Shown one piece after another: positions 23,684 through 35,800 of a DNA stretch of 64,000 bases. Source of the stretch: Psammoneis japonica (Eukaryota). Below the pieces are notes generated by a model. The model saw only the letters and a program-made list of their open reading frames with translations. It ran no database searches and had not been told where the DNA came from. A program made the position numbers and the translations under genes. Every line of letters begins with the position of its first letter. The stretch's first letter is position 1. The stretch lies in contig QPGO01000080.1 of the NCBI GenBank assembly GCA_008632985.1, positions 248,001 to 312,000 on the forward strand, in the 5' to 3' direction.

Positions 23684-24955
23684 TCAAGGCAATCGGCATT
23701 TCCCCTTCTCGTCCCACCAATGGGTGATGTTGAGCGGATGTTTTTTTAGAGAACGTTCCTCGTCGACGTTGTGTAACTTCTCGCAAAGCTGACATATTCC
23801 ACTCTCCTTACGACCCTGGTTGCTGGGCAAACCAAAGTGCTTTCGCCACCAAAAATAAGACAAGTAGAGAGTTTCGTCCTCTTCAAGCTTTTGAATATAT
23901 TCTGCCAGGTGCCCCGCGTCTTCAAAGTCATTAACGTCAATGAACGAGTGCGGAGGTGCAAAGCGTGTATAGTCGTTCCCCCCCATTACGATTGGAATCA
24001 CGTTTCTGCGGAAAGCCAGAAAAAATTTCTCAGTGACGTAATCCAAACACAAGGAATTCTCAAAAGACAAATAGTACTTGTAGTCTGTCTCGATGGCGAG
24101 AGAACAATTGTCCTTCATGCTTGAATGTTCCTCTCCCGAAGCTCGGTCGCATGATATGGTGCCGCATCTTCCCATGATGTCAACAGAAATGTTTCTCGAT
24201 AACTCTGCCGCGTACTCGTTTCTTCCTGATTGTGCTCTGCAATTAGATACGATCCACGCAATTTTCTTGGGTTTCTTAGCGTAGGCCTTGATCTCATTAG
24301 ACATGAGTGGGAGTCCTTTCTTTTTAAACTCGTCCATGTCAAATGGGAGATGGGAAGATGTGTTGACTGGCTGCTTGTGAGGTGGGAAATGTGCTGGAGG
24401 CCATTGGATATCACTGTCAAAACGATAAGTCCACGTCCAATCAAAGAGATCATCCGCCCCCCACTTCGACATTGAATGATACTGAGGACTTTCCAGTGAA
24501 AAAAAGACATGTTTTGCTCTTCTTGGTTTTGGATTATCATGCAACATCTGTTTGGCACTCTCATTCCGGGCCATGTTCCATGGAGATATAAGCACAGCAT
24601 CAAAATCACGCACGTCTTGCCCTCCATCATTCTCGACCGCAAAACAACGATTGATTTTACAGTGAGCAAATGGCTCTTGTCCCAAACCGAACCAATTTCT
24701 TCTCTTGTATAAACCGTTGTAGTAGAGCACCTTCTTGAAAGCTTGTTCGTCTGTCGGTGGCATTGTGTGGGTTGTCGCAGCAATCTCCTGCACTTGGTGC
24801 GGAGGCGTCGATTCCAACAGTCCGATTCCACGGCGAATGTCAAGCACAAACATCGTCGCACCTGCAATGGACAGAAACAACACCTTTCGGAGAAAGCTCC
24901 CAAGATGAGCGGGAGGTTTTTCGCGAACAAGCTCGGAGTGTGTGGTTGCTGTCAT
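23684..24955 (-). CDS. Alpha-1,3/4-fucosyltransferase (GT10)
   Basis: Signature YKYYLSFENSLCLDYVTEKF, plus SLESP, TYRFDSDI, AWIVSNC and SFIDVNDF. N-terminal TM segment. Confidence 0.92.
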   Translation of the reverse strand: MTATTHSELVREKPPAHLGSFLRKVLFLSIAGATMFVLDIRRGIGLLESTPPHQVQEIAATTHTMPPTDEQAFKKVLYYNGLYKRRNWFGLGQEPFAHCKINRCFAVENDGGQDVRDFDAVLISPWNMARNESAKQMLHDNPKPRRAKHVFFSLESPQYHSMSKWGADDLFDWTWTYRFDSDIQWPPAHFPPHKQPVNTSSHLPFDMDEFKKKGLPLMSNEIKAYAKKPKKIAWIVSNCRAQSGRNEYAAELSRNISVDIMGRCGTISCDRASGEEHSSMKDNCSLAIETDYKYYLSFENSLCLDYVTEKFFLAFRRNVIPIVMGGNDYTRFAPPHSFIDVNDFEDAGHLAEYIQKLEEDETLYLSYFWWRKHFGLPSNQGRKESGICQLCEKLHNVDEERSLKKHPLNITHWWDEKGKCRLP

Positions 24956-27900
24956 GTCCTGAATGACTGCGAGTGAACAATAAAGAACGAACAACCAGTT
25001 AGAACAAAGCCTGCTGATTGCGAGGCGAGAACTGCCAGGTGAACAATAGAAACATCTCAATGTAGGAAAAACAACCAATCGGCACTCAGGCGACAAACAC
25101 AACAAACTCACTCACCACACTGTGTGCCTTTTTCTTCCGTGTCCGTTCCTCGATTCACCAAAGTGTGTTGTGGTTGTCAGGGTCCGTCATAGAGATGGAA
25201 GCCACATGAGGGGACACATATCCGTGTGGCATGTGTCGAAGTCTTGGCGGCGCGTGGGAGCGAGCGAGCGATTGAGTCGTCGCAGTCGCATCATAATCTC
25301 GCGCACGTGTGCGCGGTTGTGCAGACTGTGTGTGGGCATTTTTTCGGCAGGTGTCATTCACCTGGGGGCTGAGTTTTTGAAAGAGAGAAACGAAGTGTGG
25401 GAGTTGTGCGTGGAGACACCCGGGGTTCGAATGGGCGTGCAGAGCAAGACCCGAGCGACGGACACACCATTTTCAAAAACAGCCCTTGATCGCCACACAC
25501 CTGGGTTTTCATCCAACAATTTCCACGTGGAATGAATTCAGAAGGGGCGAAGAGAGATTGGACTATGAGTCTCTTCCTCAACGCACCTTTGGAGCGATGG
25601 TCAGACACTTCTGCTGCTGCCGCACCAACAGCAAAAAACAAAAAAAGAAACGAAAGCAACAATGGCCGCCGGAGGTCGTCCAAAGAACAGCAAGAACAAG
25701 AAGGGACGCCGTGCCGGTGGCGACAGGAGGTCCAAGCAATTCCTGAATTTGAAGAAAAAGAAAACGGGAGCTTCTTGTCCAATTTTTGATGCGGCAAAAC
25801 AAAGTTGCGGTGACGGAGAACTAGAGCCACCAGCGGATGAGAAACAACAAATGCACGGAGAGGCTTTGCAGTGGGCAGTGCCTCACCCAAAAGCATCATT
25901 TGAGCATCCAAGCAACCGTTGTTCTGTTCCAGGTTTGGCGACAGCTCCGTGTTCCCCAGAAGACGATGACAAAATCAATGAGATGCAAGATCGAGACCAA
26001 GTCGAGCAGGAGAAGCTGCAGTCTGCCGTGTGCTTTCGCGATTCATGCACGCCCCCAGAAGACTCTCCCATTGCTGCTCATTTGAACAAGATTCGAAAGA
26101 AAGTTCAAAAGAACATCACTGAAGGAAGGCGAGAATCCCTCTGTTTATGTTCCACCAGTCCAGGCCCCATGCCAATCCAGCAAGGTGCCCTCTGTGCAGC
26201 AAAACAGAGCATGTGCGTGCCGTGACTTGGGTTGCAAACTCATGGCTGGGCAGCACAACGGCTGGACTCATTCTGGTTGCAAGCACCATGGCAACTGCAA
26301 AACCAACCATGAAAGTAAAGCTGAAAAAATTTCCGATCCATGCAGGCAATGCGCTTGGACGGGCTTGTGCACGGCCCGTGCTGGTGTGTGCAGAGGATTC
26401 ACGAAAAACTCTTGCAAATTCTTTGGCGGAAATGGAATGTTTGCAATGCCTGCTGAGTGTGACATGGAAGAAAAGCAGTTGAAACGAAAGTGGAACAACA
26501 GGCTAAAAACTGTTGGGAAGCGATGCAAAATGGTGCAAGCAGTGGCGAAGAAATCAATCCCCGACCCGGAACGACACAGACTTGCCAACGGAGACATTCA
26601 TTTCGAGATTGCACTGGACAATGAGGCGACACAAGTGCTGGTGGATGAAACCAACTACACTCATGTAATTGGTAAAACGGATTTGCTGAGGCTGCCGTGT
26701 GGGGTCTCTGCCAACACCCCAAACATGTGGGACTTGCTTTGTTCTGGTGCACTCATCGACGACAATGTTGTTCAACATGCTTCAACTTGCTCCGACAGCG
26801 ATTTTCCTGGCTTGGTGTTCGAGTTGTCAACACAAATTTTTGCAAACAGCTGCAGCAGTTCAAGTGGGCCGATGTTGACAGATGGGCAAAAGAACTTGAC
26901 GGCAAGCCTGGAACGTGGGCAACAGCAAAAGTCATTCTTGCACCCATCTTCTCGGGATCAAACACGGCTGGCCACTGGTCGAACTTTTTTGTTGATCGCC
27001 ATTTTGAAGGAGATGCCACCAGCACTGGAGAGCTTCTGGTGTGTGCAGACAGCCTCCAGCCAAATGCCATCTCGCAACGGCTCCGGCAAAAGCTCGTTGG
27101 TGTGCCACTGAGTCCAGAAAGGCCGGGGGCAGAGCATGTCGTTCCTCTGCACACAGGGCAAGGGCCCAATGACTGCGCTGTTTGTTCATGTGTGAAAGCA
27201 GCAGCATGTTTGAAAGCATTGGAAAATGGGTCACTGCACACTTGCCGCCACGACATTCAAAAGCCGACAGCGACACTCTCATTCTCTGAAGATTCGACCT
27301 TGGAAGACTGGGGGCATGACAGGATTTGAACAGGATTTGGGTGCGCGCGAAATGTCGCGCGCTGTCTAGTTTGCCGCGCACAGTTTTGTGTGCCATTTAG
27401 TTCTGCGCGCACGCGCGATGCAGTTTGCTTTTGAGCCACTTCGGCTCACAAGAATGATGACAGCAGCCCAATTGCACCGACTTGCACGTCTTTCGGCTCC
27501 TGTGATGGTCTCTGAGCGGAGACTCATCTGCCATTTAGACAGCAGCAAGGAGTTGTTGTTTGAATTCTTGCCATTTGCCTTCAATTTCTGTCAGATTAAC
27601 AGTCTTGCTCATTGTCAACCCATTGAGCAATCGCCATCGTCGTTGTTGATTTGCCGACGATGCCATTTCAATTCTGCGTGGACCTCCGTACACATTCTAC
27701 GTACATCGGCAAGTCTGCACGCATTCAACACCAGGCATCGGCAGGAATTTGACGTCACCGTCAAGTCTCCTTGCCGCTGGATGTCTGGATTGATTGCACT
27801 GCCTTTTGTCGCTGAAGACATGCATTCAACGGCTGTGTCCAAGTCCATCCTTGATCCTCATCCCTTCATGCACCCATTCAACGGTCAACGGTCAAGAACC

Positions 27901-29424
27901 CCACATGTTCAAGGATCTTCGTCGCTGCAGACATGCACACATGTGCACATGTCTTCACGGCCAAGAACTTGAACCTGCTCTTTGGGCTGCGGCTTTGCTG
28001 CCACTCTGCCAGCACACCGAGTCTGTTGCACCTGATCTGCCCCGGACCACTGGTGCTCTGCAGTTCTGCCAGGTCCACGAGGATGACTGTGAGAGCAAGT
28101 GGCCGTGATTGCAGCCTGCGCTGGGGCGAGGGTGTTTTCCCGCGTTTGTTCGTTCGTCCACAGCACCTGACGCCTGCGTCAACTGGCCAGCCTGATCGGG
28201 AAATCCAACCGACATAAAATGAGAACGGTTCGGGGGTCTTGTCCACCTCCAGTCAGCTTGCCTGCAGGGGTTTACAACCCGCTGCTCCGCTCGCAAGCAA
28301 CCCAAAGCGCCGCTGGCTGCGGGTTCGGACGTGCCGTCTACGGACTGGATGGGAAGTTTGGCACTTGACAAAGAACGGGACATCACAGCCCGGCGACTTC
28401 TGATTTTAAGACAGCCCAAGATTTCAAGTCAAGTCTGGCTCAAGTCAAGTCTTTTTCAAGCCAAGTCACAAGTCAAAACTCCGAGTCAAGACCGCGCTCT
28501 AGATTGGCTCCTGTCTTTTGTTTCCACTGCACCATCCTCCGTCATGGTTCTCACGCAACAGCAACAAACCAAAAGCTTTGAATGCCTTCTAGGCACTGTG
28601 CTCAATCAAGACGATGACAGCCCTCTTCGTTCTGCCCTGTCCATCAACGGGGTTGAATCGTGTGAGGAATTGTTCATGTTCTCACCCACCCAAATCGACG
28701 CCCTCACTCACAGAGACGGTGCCAATGTGGTTCCTTTGCCACGGACCTACAGAAACCTCCTGGCAGCTTTGATCAGCTTCTACTTTGTCAAAGTTTGCAA
28801 CAGTGATGATGTGACCAATGAACCCCAGTTGCTCACACCCAAGGAATTTCGCGACCACCGCCTTGGCCCGGACTGCTTGACCTCTCTAGCCACTGGCACA
28901 GCACCCTCCGCACCTGTGCCGAGTCCCTTGCCATCCAAACCAGGTGAACCCAGCGCCATTTTGACACCAGCCTTGCACTGTGCCGCCACTCAGGTGTCCC
29001 CAAGAAGTGGTGTCAGTCACGCCCCGCATGTCTTGACCAACCCGCCTGCAAGCAAACTCGGCCCAGTGCAGGATTGCAGCCCTTGCGCAGGCCCGCACTT
29101 CGAAACCAGTTGGGACACTCCACCCATGGCTTCCAAAGCTGCAGCCTTTGCACCCCGCAAACCACGTGCTGCCAACCTCCACATGTCGACCACTGTCACC
29201 CTTCATGACCTTCGTTTGGGAAGTGATGGAGATGACAACTTGCTTCTCGCATCTCCTGATGGGGAGCCTCCTTTTCCCATCATTGAACTGTTGGCTTCCA
29301 AAGCTGCAGCCTTTGCACCCCGCAAACCACGTGCTGCCAGCCTCCACGTGTCGACCGCTGTCACCCTTCACGACCTTTGTTTGGGAAGTGATGGAGATGA
29401 CAACTTGCTTCTCGTATCTCCTGA

Positions 29425-29873
29425 NNNNNNNNNNNNNNNNNNNNNNNNNNNNNNNNNNNNNNNNNNNNNNNNNNNNNNNNNNNNNNNNNNNNNNNNNNNN
29501 NNNNNNNNNNNNNNNNNNNNNNNNNNNNNNNNNNNNNNNNNNNNNNNNNNNNNNNNNNNNNNNNNNNNNNNNNNNNNNNNNNNNNNNNNNNNNNNNNNNN
29601 NNNNNNNNNNNNNNNNNNNNNNNNNNNNNNNNNNNNNNNNNNNNNNNNNNNNNNNNNNNNNNNNNNNNNNNNNNNNNNNNNNNNNNNNNNNNNNNNNNNN
29701 NNNNNNNNNNNNNNNNNNNNNNNNNNNNNNNNNNNNNNNNNNNNNNNNNNNNNNNNNNNNNNNNNNNNNNNNNNNNNNNNNNNNNNNNNNNNNNNNNNNN
29801 NNNNNNNNNNNNNNNNNNNNNNNNNNNNNNNNNNNNNNNNNNNNNNNNNNNNNNNNNNNNNNNNNNNNNNNNN
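29425..29873. other. Assembly gap
   Basis: Run of N. Confidence 1.
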
Positions 29874-30249
29874 CCTAGGTGGGACTCCGTGTGACATTGG
29901 GCCCGTAGAATTCTACGTGCGAGCTCCGTAGTACGAGAATTTAATTAATGGATATATTTATCTTCAACATCAAATAAACGGCCAAGTTTGTGGTACAATT
30001 ATGCCTCTTACCACTCGACGTTTTTGCAAATGCACCTGCCTACGCGATTCTTAAGACATTATAGAATCGCACTGTAACAAAAAATGTCAAAAGTTGTTGG
30101 ACGGATCGCTCAATAAGTGTACCGTAAAATGACACAAAATACCAAAAAAATCACGTAGAAATCTACGTGTGCGACATACGACGTGATTCAAAAAACTGTC
30201 GATGTCACAGTTCAGTAGCACGAGGTCCCACCTAGACCTGGAACGCGTC
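29874..30249 (+). mobile_element. MITE family A, copy 3 (left tip lost in the gap)
   Basis: Starts inside the TIR (CCTAGGTGGGAC) and ends GTCCCACCTAGACCTGGAACGCGTC. TpA-rich interior. Confidence 0.85.
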
Positions 30250-31020
30250 TGGATGCCCCAAGTCTCGCACCTTGAGACCAGGCCTCCTGACTGGATGCCT
30301 CAAGTCTCGTGCCTCAAGATTGGGCCTCCTGGTTGGATGCCCCAAGTCTCGTGCCTCGAGACCAGGCCTCCTGACTGGATGCCCCAAGTCTCGTGCCTTG
30401 AGACCAGGCCTCCGGATTGGATCCCTCAAGTCTCGTACCTTGAGACCAGGTCTCCTGATTGGATGTCCCAAGTCTCGCACCTCGAGACTGGGCCTCCTGA
30501 TTGGATGCCTCAAGTCTCGCACATCGAGACTGGGCCTCCAGATTGGATCCTCCATGTCTCGCACCTCAAGACTCGGCCTCCGGATTGGATCCCTCAAGCC
30601 TTGCGCCACAAGACTCGGCCTCCCAATTGGATCTCCCAAGTCTCGTGCCTCGAGACTGGGCCTCCTGATTGGATGCCTCAAGTCTCGCACATCGAGACTG
30701 GGCATCCAGATTGGATCCTCCATGTCTCGCACCTCGAGACTCGGCCTCCAGATTGGATCCCTCAAGCCTTGCGCCATGAGACTCGGCCTCCTGATTGGAT
30801 CCCCCAAGTCTCGCACCTTGAGACTGGGCCTCCTGACTGGATGCCTCAAGTCTCGTGCCTCGAGACTGGGCCTCCTGGTTGGATGCCCCAAGTCTCGCAC
30901 CTCGAGACCAGGCCTCCTGACTGGATGCCCCAAGTCTCGCACCTCGAGACCAGGCCTCCTGACTGGATGCCCCAAGTCTCGCACCCTGATTGGATCCCCA
31001 AAGACTCGTGTCACAAGACT
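30250..31020 (+). repeat. 42-bp tandem array (~18 visible units)
   Basis: Unit ~TGGATGCCCCAAGTCTCG(TA/CA/TG)CCTCGAGACTGGGCCTCCTGAT, reading ETGPPDWMPQVS(Y/H/C)L. Confidence 0.95.
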
Positions 31021-32836
31021 GGCAAGTCCTTTTGGATTCCAGAAGCAGCTTGCTCCTTCCATTGCAAGTGCGGATGTGGAATCCCACAAGATCCCAAGTG
31101 TGCCTTGAGCTTTGAAAAGCACAGCGGCATCTGCAATTGGGGAGATGCAGCTCATCTCAAGATGACCCACTTGGAGAATGCAACGTTGCTCCAGGATCTT
31201 GATCCTTTCTTGTCTCCTCATGTTTTGGTGCTTTGACTCCAAAGTTCTTCAGTCAATCCAAAGTTGAATCTGTTTCTGTGACTCTTCAAGCAAACTGGGG
31301 AGTGACAGGATTTGAACAGGATTTGGGTGCGCGCGAAATGTCGCGCGCTGTTTAGTTTGCCGTGCACAGTTTTGTGTGCTCTTTAGTTCCCTGCGCTCGC
31401 GCGATGTAGTTTGCTTTCGAGCCACTTCAGCTCACAAGAATGATGACAGTGGCCCGATTGTGCCGACTTGCACGTCTTTCGGCTCCTGTGACGGTCTCTG
31501 AGCGGAGACTCATCTGCTGTTTAGACAGCAGCAAGGAGTTGTTGTTTGAACTCTTGCCATTTGCCTTCAATTTCTGTCAGGGCACTTGGGTTTTCGTCAC
31601 ATCTTGCAGAGTTTGTGCGAAGGCAAAATCAATCTTGATGACCTTGTTGTTGCTGAGACTTCAGCATCTGTTTGCCTCCCAGGGATTCGGCAATTTGCAA
31701 AAATGCCAGCAGGATGCCAACAGACCAAGCCGGCAAGAAAAGCAGAATGAGCAAAATGCACATTGCACGGCAATGTTTCATGTCATCAAATTAAATGCAC
31801 ACTCACACAGCAACACACAAAAGCAAGCACTTCAGCCATTCCCTTCTTTGAACCCCAAACTCTGAAAGTCACAATCCACTGCCCGGCCTGTCATCTGGGC
31901 CATCTCGAGCGGCTGCCAAGAGGCCCAGCACGACAAAAAAGGGGGGTGAGCAAGATGCAAGGGACCGAGTGCGGGAGAAAGGCGTTGTGAGAAAAACGCA
32001 CATTTTGGCAAGACACACTGTCACTGACAACACTTGCAGTGCCCCAATGTAAACCATGCCACATTTGATTGTTGCAAAATTATGTGGAACCTGCAAGGCA
32101 TTGCACGATGTTGTCGAAAGCAGCAAGCACGAGAAAGACACGATGGTGAGCAACAAGCAGAGTTGTGCACATGAGCTGACAATCAACACGAACTGAACAA
32201 ACACACCACATGAAACACAACATTGGCATTTGCATTGAGTCATGATTCACAATTTTGATTGGCACAAAATCAAAACCATGCAGTGGGCTTTTGTGCAAGT
32301 GCGAATTGAGTCTTGCGTCTGGAGTCGAGCAAAACAGTCCTTGCGGCAAGTTTCTTATTTCGCTGGGGTCCACAGCTTGCAGGTGACATGACAGATGTAA
32401 TGCCAAAATTCAGATGCTCATTCATGTGAATGTGAGACACAAAAGAGCCAAGCACATGGATGTTTGAGAGAGCGAGAGCAAGAGAAATGGAGACATTTCA
32501 TGAAACACAAAAACAGATTGCAGTGGCTCACCTTCAATGCATCACAAGCCATCCCCTCCCACGCTTCTTCTTTTAAAGCTGCCATTGCTGTCTCAACACA
32601 AACAAACAACGTGAACAAAATGCACAGTTTTTGAAAAGCAGCAACGCCATTTCAAAAACTCTTTTCAAAAACTCTCGCTTTTTTCACTGCAACGAAGTGT
32701 GGAGAGTCTCGAGGCTCTTTGCCTCTTGTTTTTTGGAGTCTCTCTCTCTTCGCCTCAAGACTCACGCAGAACCTGCACAAGATCCTGGCAGGGCGAAGAG
32801 AGATTTTGCCCCCACGTGAACGACACCTCCCATGAG

Positions 32837-35800
32837 GGCAGGTGTCATTCACCTGGGGGCTGAGTTTTTGAAAGAGAGAAACGAAGTGTGGGAGTTGTGC
32901 ATGGAGACACCCGGGGTTCGAATGGGCATGCAGCAGAGCAAGACCCGAGCGACGGACACACCATTTTCAAAAACAGTTTTTGATTGCCATGCATCCAGGT
33001 TTTCATCTGACAATTGCCACATGGAATGAATTCAGAAGGGGTGAAGAGAGATTAGAGTGTGAGTCTCTTCCTCAACGCACCTTTGGAGCAATGGTCTGAC
33101 ACTTCTGCTCTGCTGCCGCACCAACAGCAAAAAACAAAAAAAGAAACGAAAGCAACAATGGCCGGAGGTCGTCCAAAGAACAGCAAGAACAAGAAGGGAC
33201 ATCGTGCCGGTGCGACAGGAGGTCCAAGCAATTCCTGAATTTGAAGAAAAAGAAAACGGGAGCTTCTTGTCCAATTTTTGATGCGGCAAAACAAAGTTGC
33301 CGTCGCAGAGAGCCAGAGCCGCCAGCGGATGAGAAACGACAAATGTGCAAAGAGGCTTTGCAATGGGCAACACCTTGCCTGAAAGCATTGTTTGAGCATC
33401 CAAGCAACCGTTGTTCTGTTCCAGGTTTGGCGACAGCTCCTTGTTCCCCAGAAGATGACGATGAAATCAACGAGATGCAAGATCGAGACCAAGTCGAGCA
33501 GGAGAAGCCACAGTCCGCCGTGTGCTTTTGTGGTTCATGCATGCCTCCAGAAGACTCTCCCATTGCTGTGCATTTGAGTGAGATTCAAAAGAAAGTTCAA
33601 AAGAATGATGGTGAATTTGTGGCGGGCATTGGAAAAGGAGTGAAGTGGATGCCACCACCATGTGATCCTGTGAGCACTGGCTTGGGTTCGTCACCAAAGC
33701 CTGACAAGTGGCACCTTGGGAGCTGCTGGGTGCATGCATGGCTGCCATTGATCATGATTCCAATGCACTCACCAGCAAAGCATTGTTGTGCATTCTGTGG
33801 CAAGAACAATGCAGAATCAAAGGGGCTTGCATTTTGGCCGATGGCTGAATGGATGAAAACAGCATGGATGCTTTGTCAGTGCGTGGATTGCCTCGACACT
33901 GATTGTTGTGGGAGGGCAGATGAAGAGGGGAAAAGGACCAAATCTTTTTGCACCATTGACCCCCTTTGTTTGTCAAGGCTTCCAGCAGAGGTTGCGGAAC
34001 GGTTTGACTTTGTGACCAGTCGCCGGGGTCTGGGCATGCACGAAAGCATGGTGTGTTGCTTGGCGCGTTTGTGCAATCATTCTGTTTTTTCTGGCACATT
34101 CTCATCCATGGTGAATGAGATGAGATCTTTTGATCATTCTTGGCAGCAGCTGAGCTGCTGCAAGAGCCTCCTTAGCTGGGATCCGGTTGAAGCCATTGGA
34201 TGCCGCAGACAAGACACAGTTCCGCACTCCACCTTTTCAGAGCCTGGGGAGCACAATGGCATCCGTTTGTCAGCCGCAAGAGTTGCAAGCAGCTTCATTG
34301 TGTTCATGGAGAATGTGTTGGAGCAGTGCATGCAGGGATCTTTTGAGTTTAATCAGGACTCACAGATTGCAACAGATGTGACCTTCAAGCACTGGAGTGA
34401 GGTGCAGGCGCATCTGAAGGATGGGAGCCGGGTGAAACCATTTGTTGCTTCTGCAAATCTTGCCGTTGGATGTGGGAAAATGTGTGCAAGTCCACCTGTC
34501 AATGGCAAGGGACAAGATGAAGTAGAGCCCTTTTTGGAGCGCGTTCAGGTGGCAAGGAAGGCGCAGGGGGCCCCAAAGCTCGGCCGAGTTGACACCGACA
34601 ATGTAAAAGCCGACAGCGGCATGTCCAATCGTGTTTTCTCAGGTGTGAATTGTTCTTGGACAAACTCAAAGCACCAACTGATTTTTCCCAGTTGCACACT
34701 TCATGCCTGTGTTGTTTCTGTGTGTTGCACAGAGCTTTCGGAAGGTGTCAGCCCGCACGTCCCGAAATCCAACACGCCTGTTCTTCGATTGCCTCGTGAT
34801 CATTTTCATTGTTTTGGGGATGCGGCCAATGCCAATCAGCATTTCGAGGAGAATTATGATGCAATGATCAATCTAAACACCAGCTGTTGTGGAAAGCATC
34901 ATGGGCTTGATGCCAAGTGGAACAGAGGGCACACTGTTGAAGAGGGAGTGTGTTGGCTCCAGCTGTCTTTTGAGGGGTTGCCCGTGGCAGTTGCAGACAT
35001 TCATGCCATGAGGGTCTTTCCCATTTGGTTGAAACACATGTTGGAAGAAGGACGGCTCATTCCCTGCGGCAGGCAAATCGGTGGTGACCTGAACAGACTT
35101 TTGAAGGGTCACGGCATCAATGTCAAAGACCGTTTGGAGATGGCAGTGATTGTGAAGACACATGACGACAGCGGCTCCACTGGTGCAAAGGCTCTTGCAG
35201 AGCGAATTTTGAATGTAACATTGCTTGACAAAGAGACTGGACAAAGTGCTGGCTGTGAGAGAGAATCGTCTTCCCCCCGACCCAGCGAAGAGATGCTCAG
35301 CTGTGCGGCGACTGACACCATTGTACAAAGGCTTCTCACAGTGCAATTGCTGAAACCAGTCTCTTCCAAACTCCAAGGCTTGATTCAGCCACCTGAGCTT
35401 AATGTCGCACAGGTTGGCAGCATGGTGGACGTAATTGGTGGAGGACGAGTCGTTGCAAGAGGCGCTGTGGCTAGCATTGGCAACTGCAGAGGCATGGGAG
35501 TTTCCACATAGTGTGGCGGTGAGCTGGTGGGCCAAGGAAAAGCTCTGGTCCAAATTGATGATGTGTTGTTAGATTCATGGAAGCTGCCATTCGGATTCTC
35601 AGACAATGAAGCAGACAAGCTAAACTGTGCCAAGGGAACGCCAATTGGAGAAGTTTGCAGAAGAGGCCACTCTGACACTGTTCTGCTCCAGACAAGCCAC
35701 CTTGGAGTGCCGCCTCTGGAAGAACCTGACTCAGCATCATCCATTCTCTTTTCTGAAAAAGATCTTGACTTGGAAGGAAGCACTGTTTCCTCAGCACAAC

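Larger units (their letters stand above)
27317..31579 (+). mobile_element. Non-autonomous Copia derivative (LARD-like) with tandem array, copy 1
   Basis: LTRs at 27317-27593 and 31303-31579, TSD GGGCA, PBS 27594-27608, PPT 31290-31302. The empty site is visible in the sister element near 38321. Only gag/pol scraps remain. Confidence 0.92.
25346..32831 (+). mobile_element. Mutator-like TIR element, copy 1 (internally deleted, interrupted by an LTR element)
   Basis: Ends GGCAGGTGTCATTCACCTGGGGGC / GCCCCCACGTGAACGACACCTCCC. Colinear with 32837-39078. A deletion junction near 26116 joins the equivalents of ~33605 and ~37165. Confidence 0.85.

Noticed and set aside
29128..29424. ~165-bp tandem duplication in LARD-like copy 1
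   Set aside because: It abuts the assembly gap and is absent from copy 2, so it may be an assembly artefact.
30250..31020. 42-bp arrays with palindromic units as a CRISPR array (also 55255-56125)
   Set aside because: Units are contiguous with no unique spacers, there are no cas genes, and they lie inside a eukaryotic LTR element.
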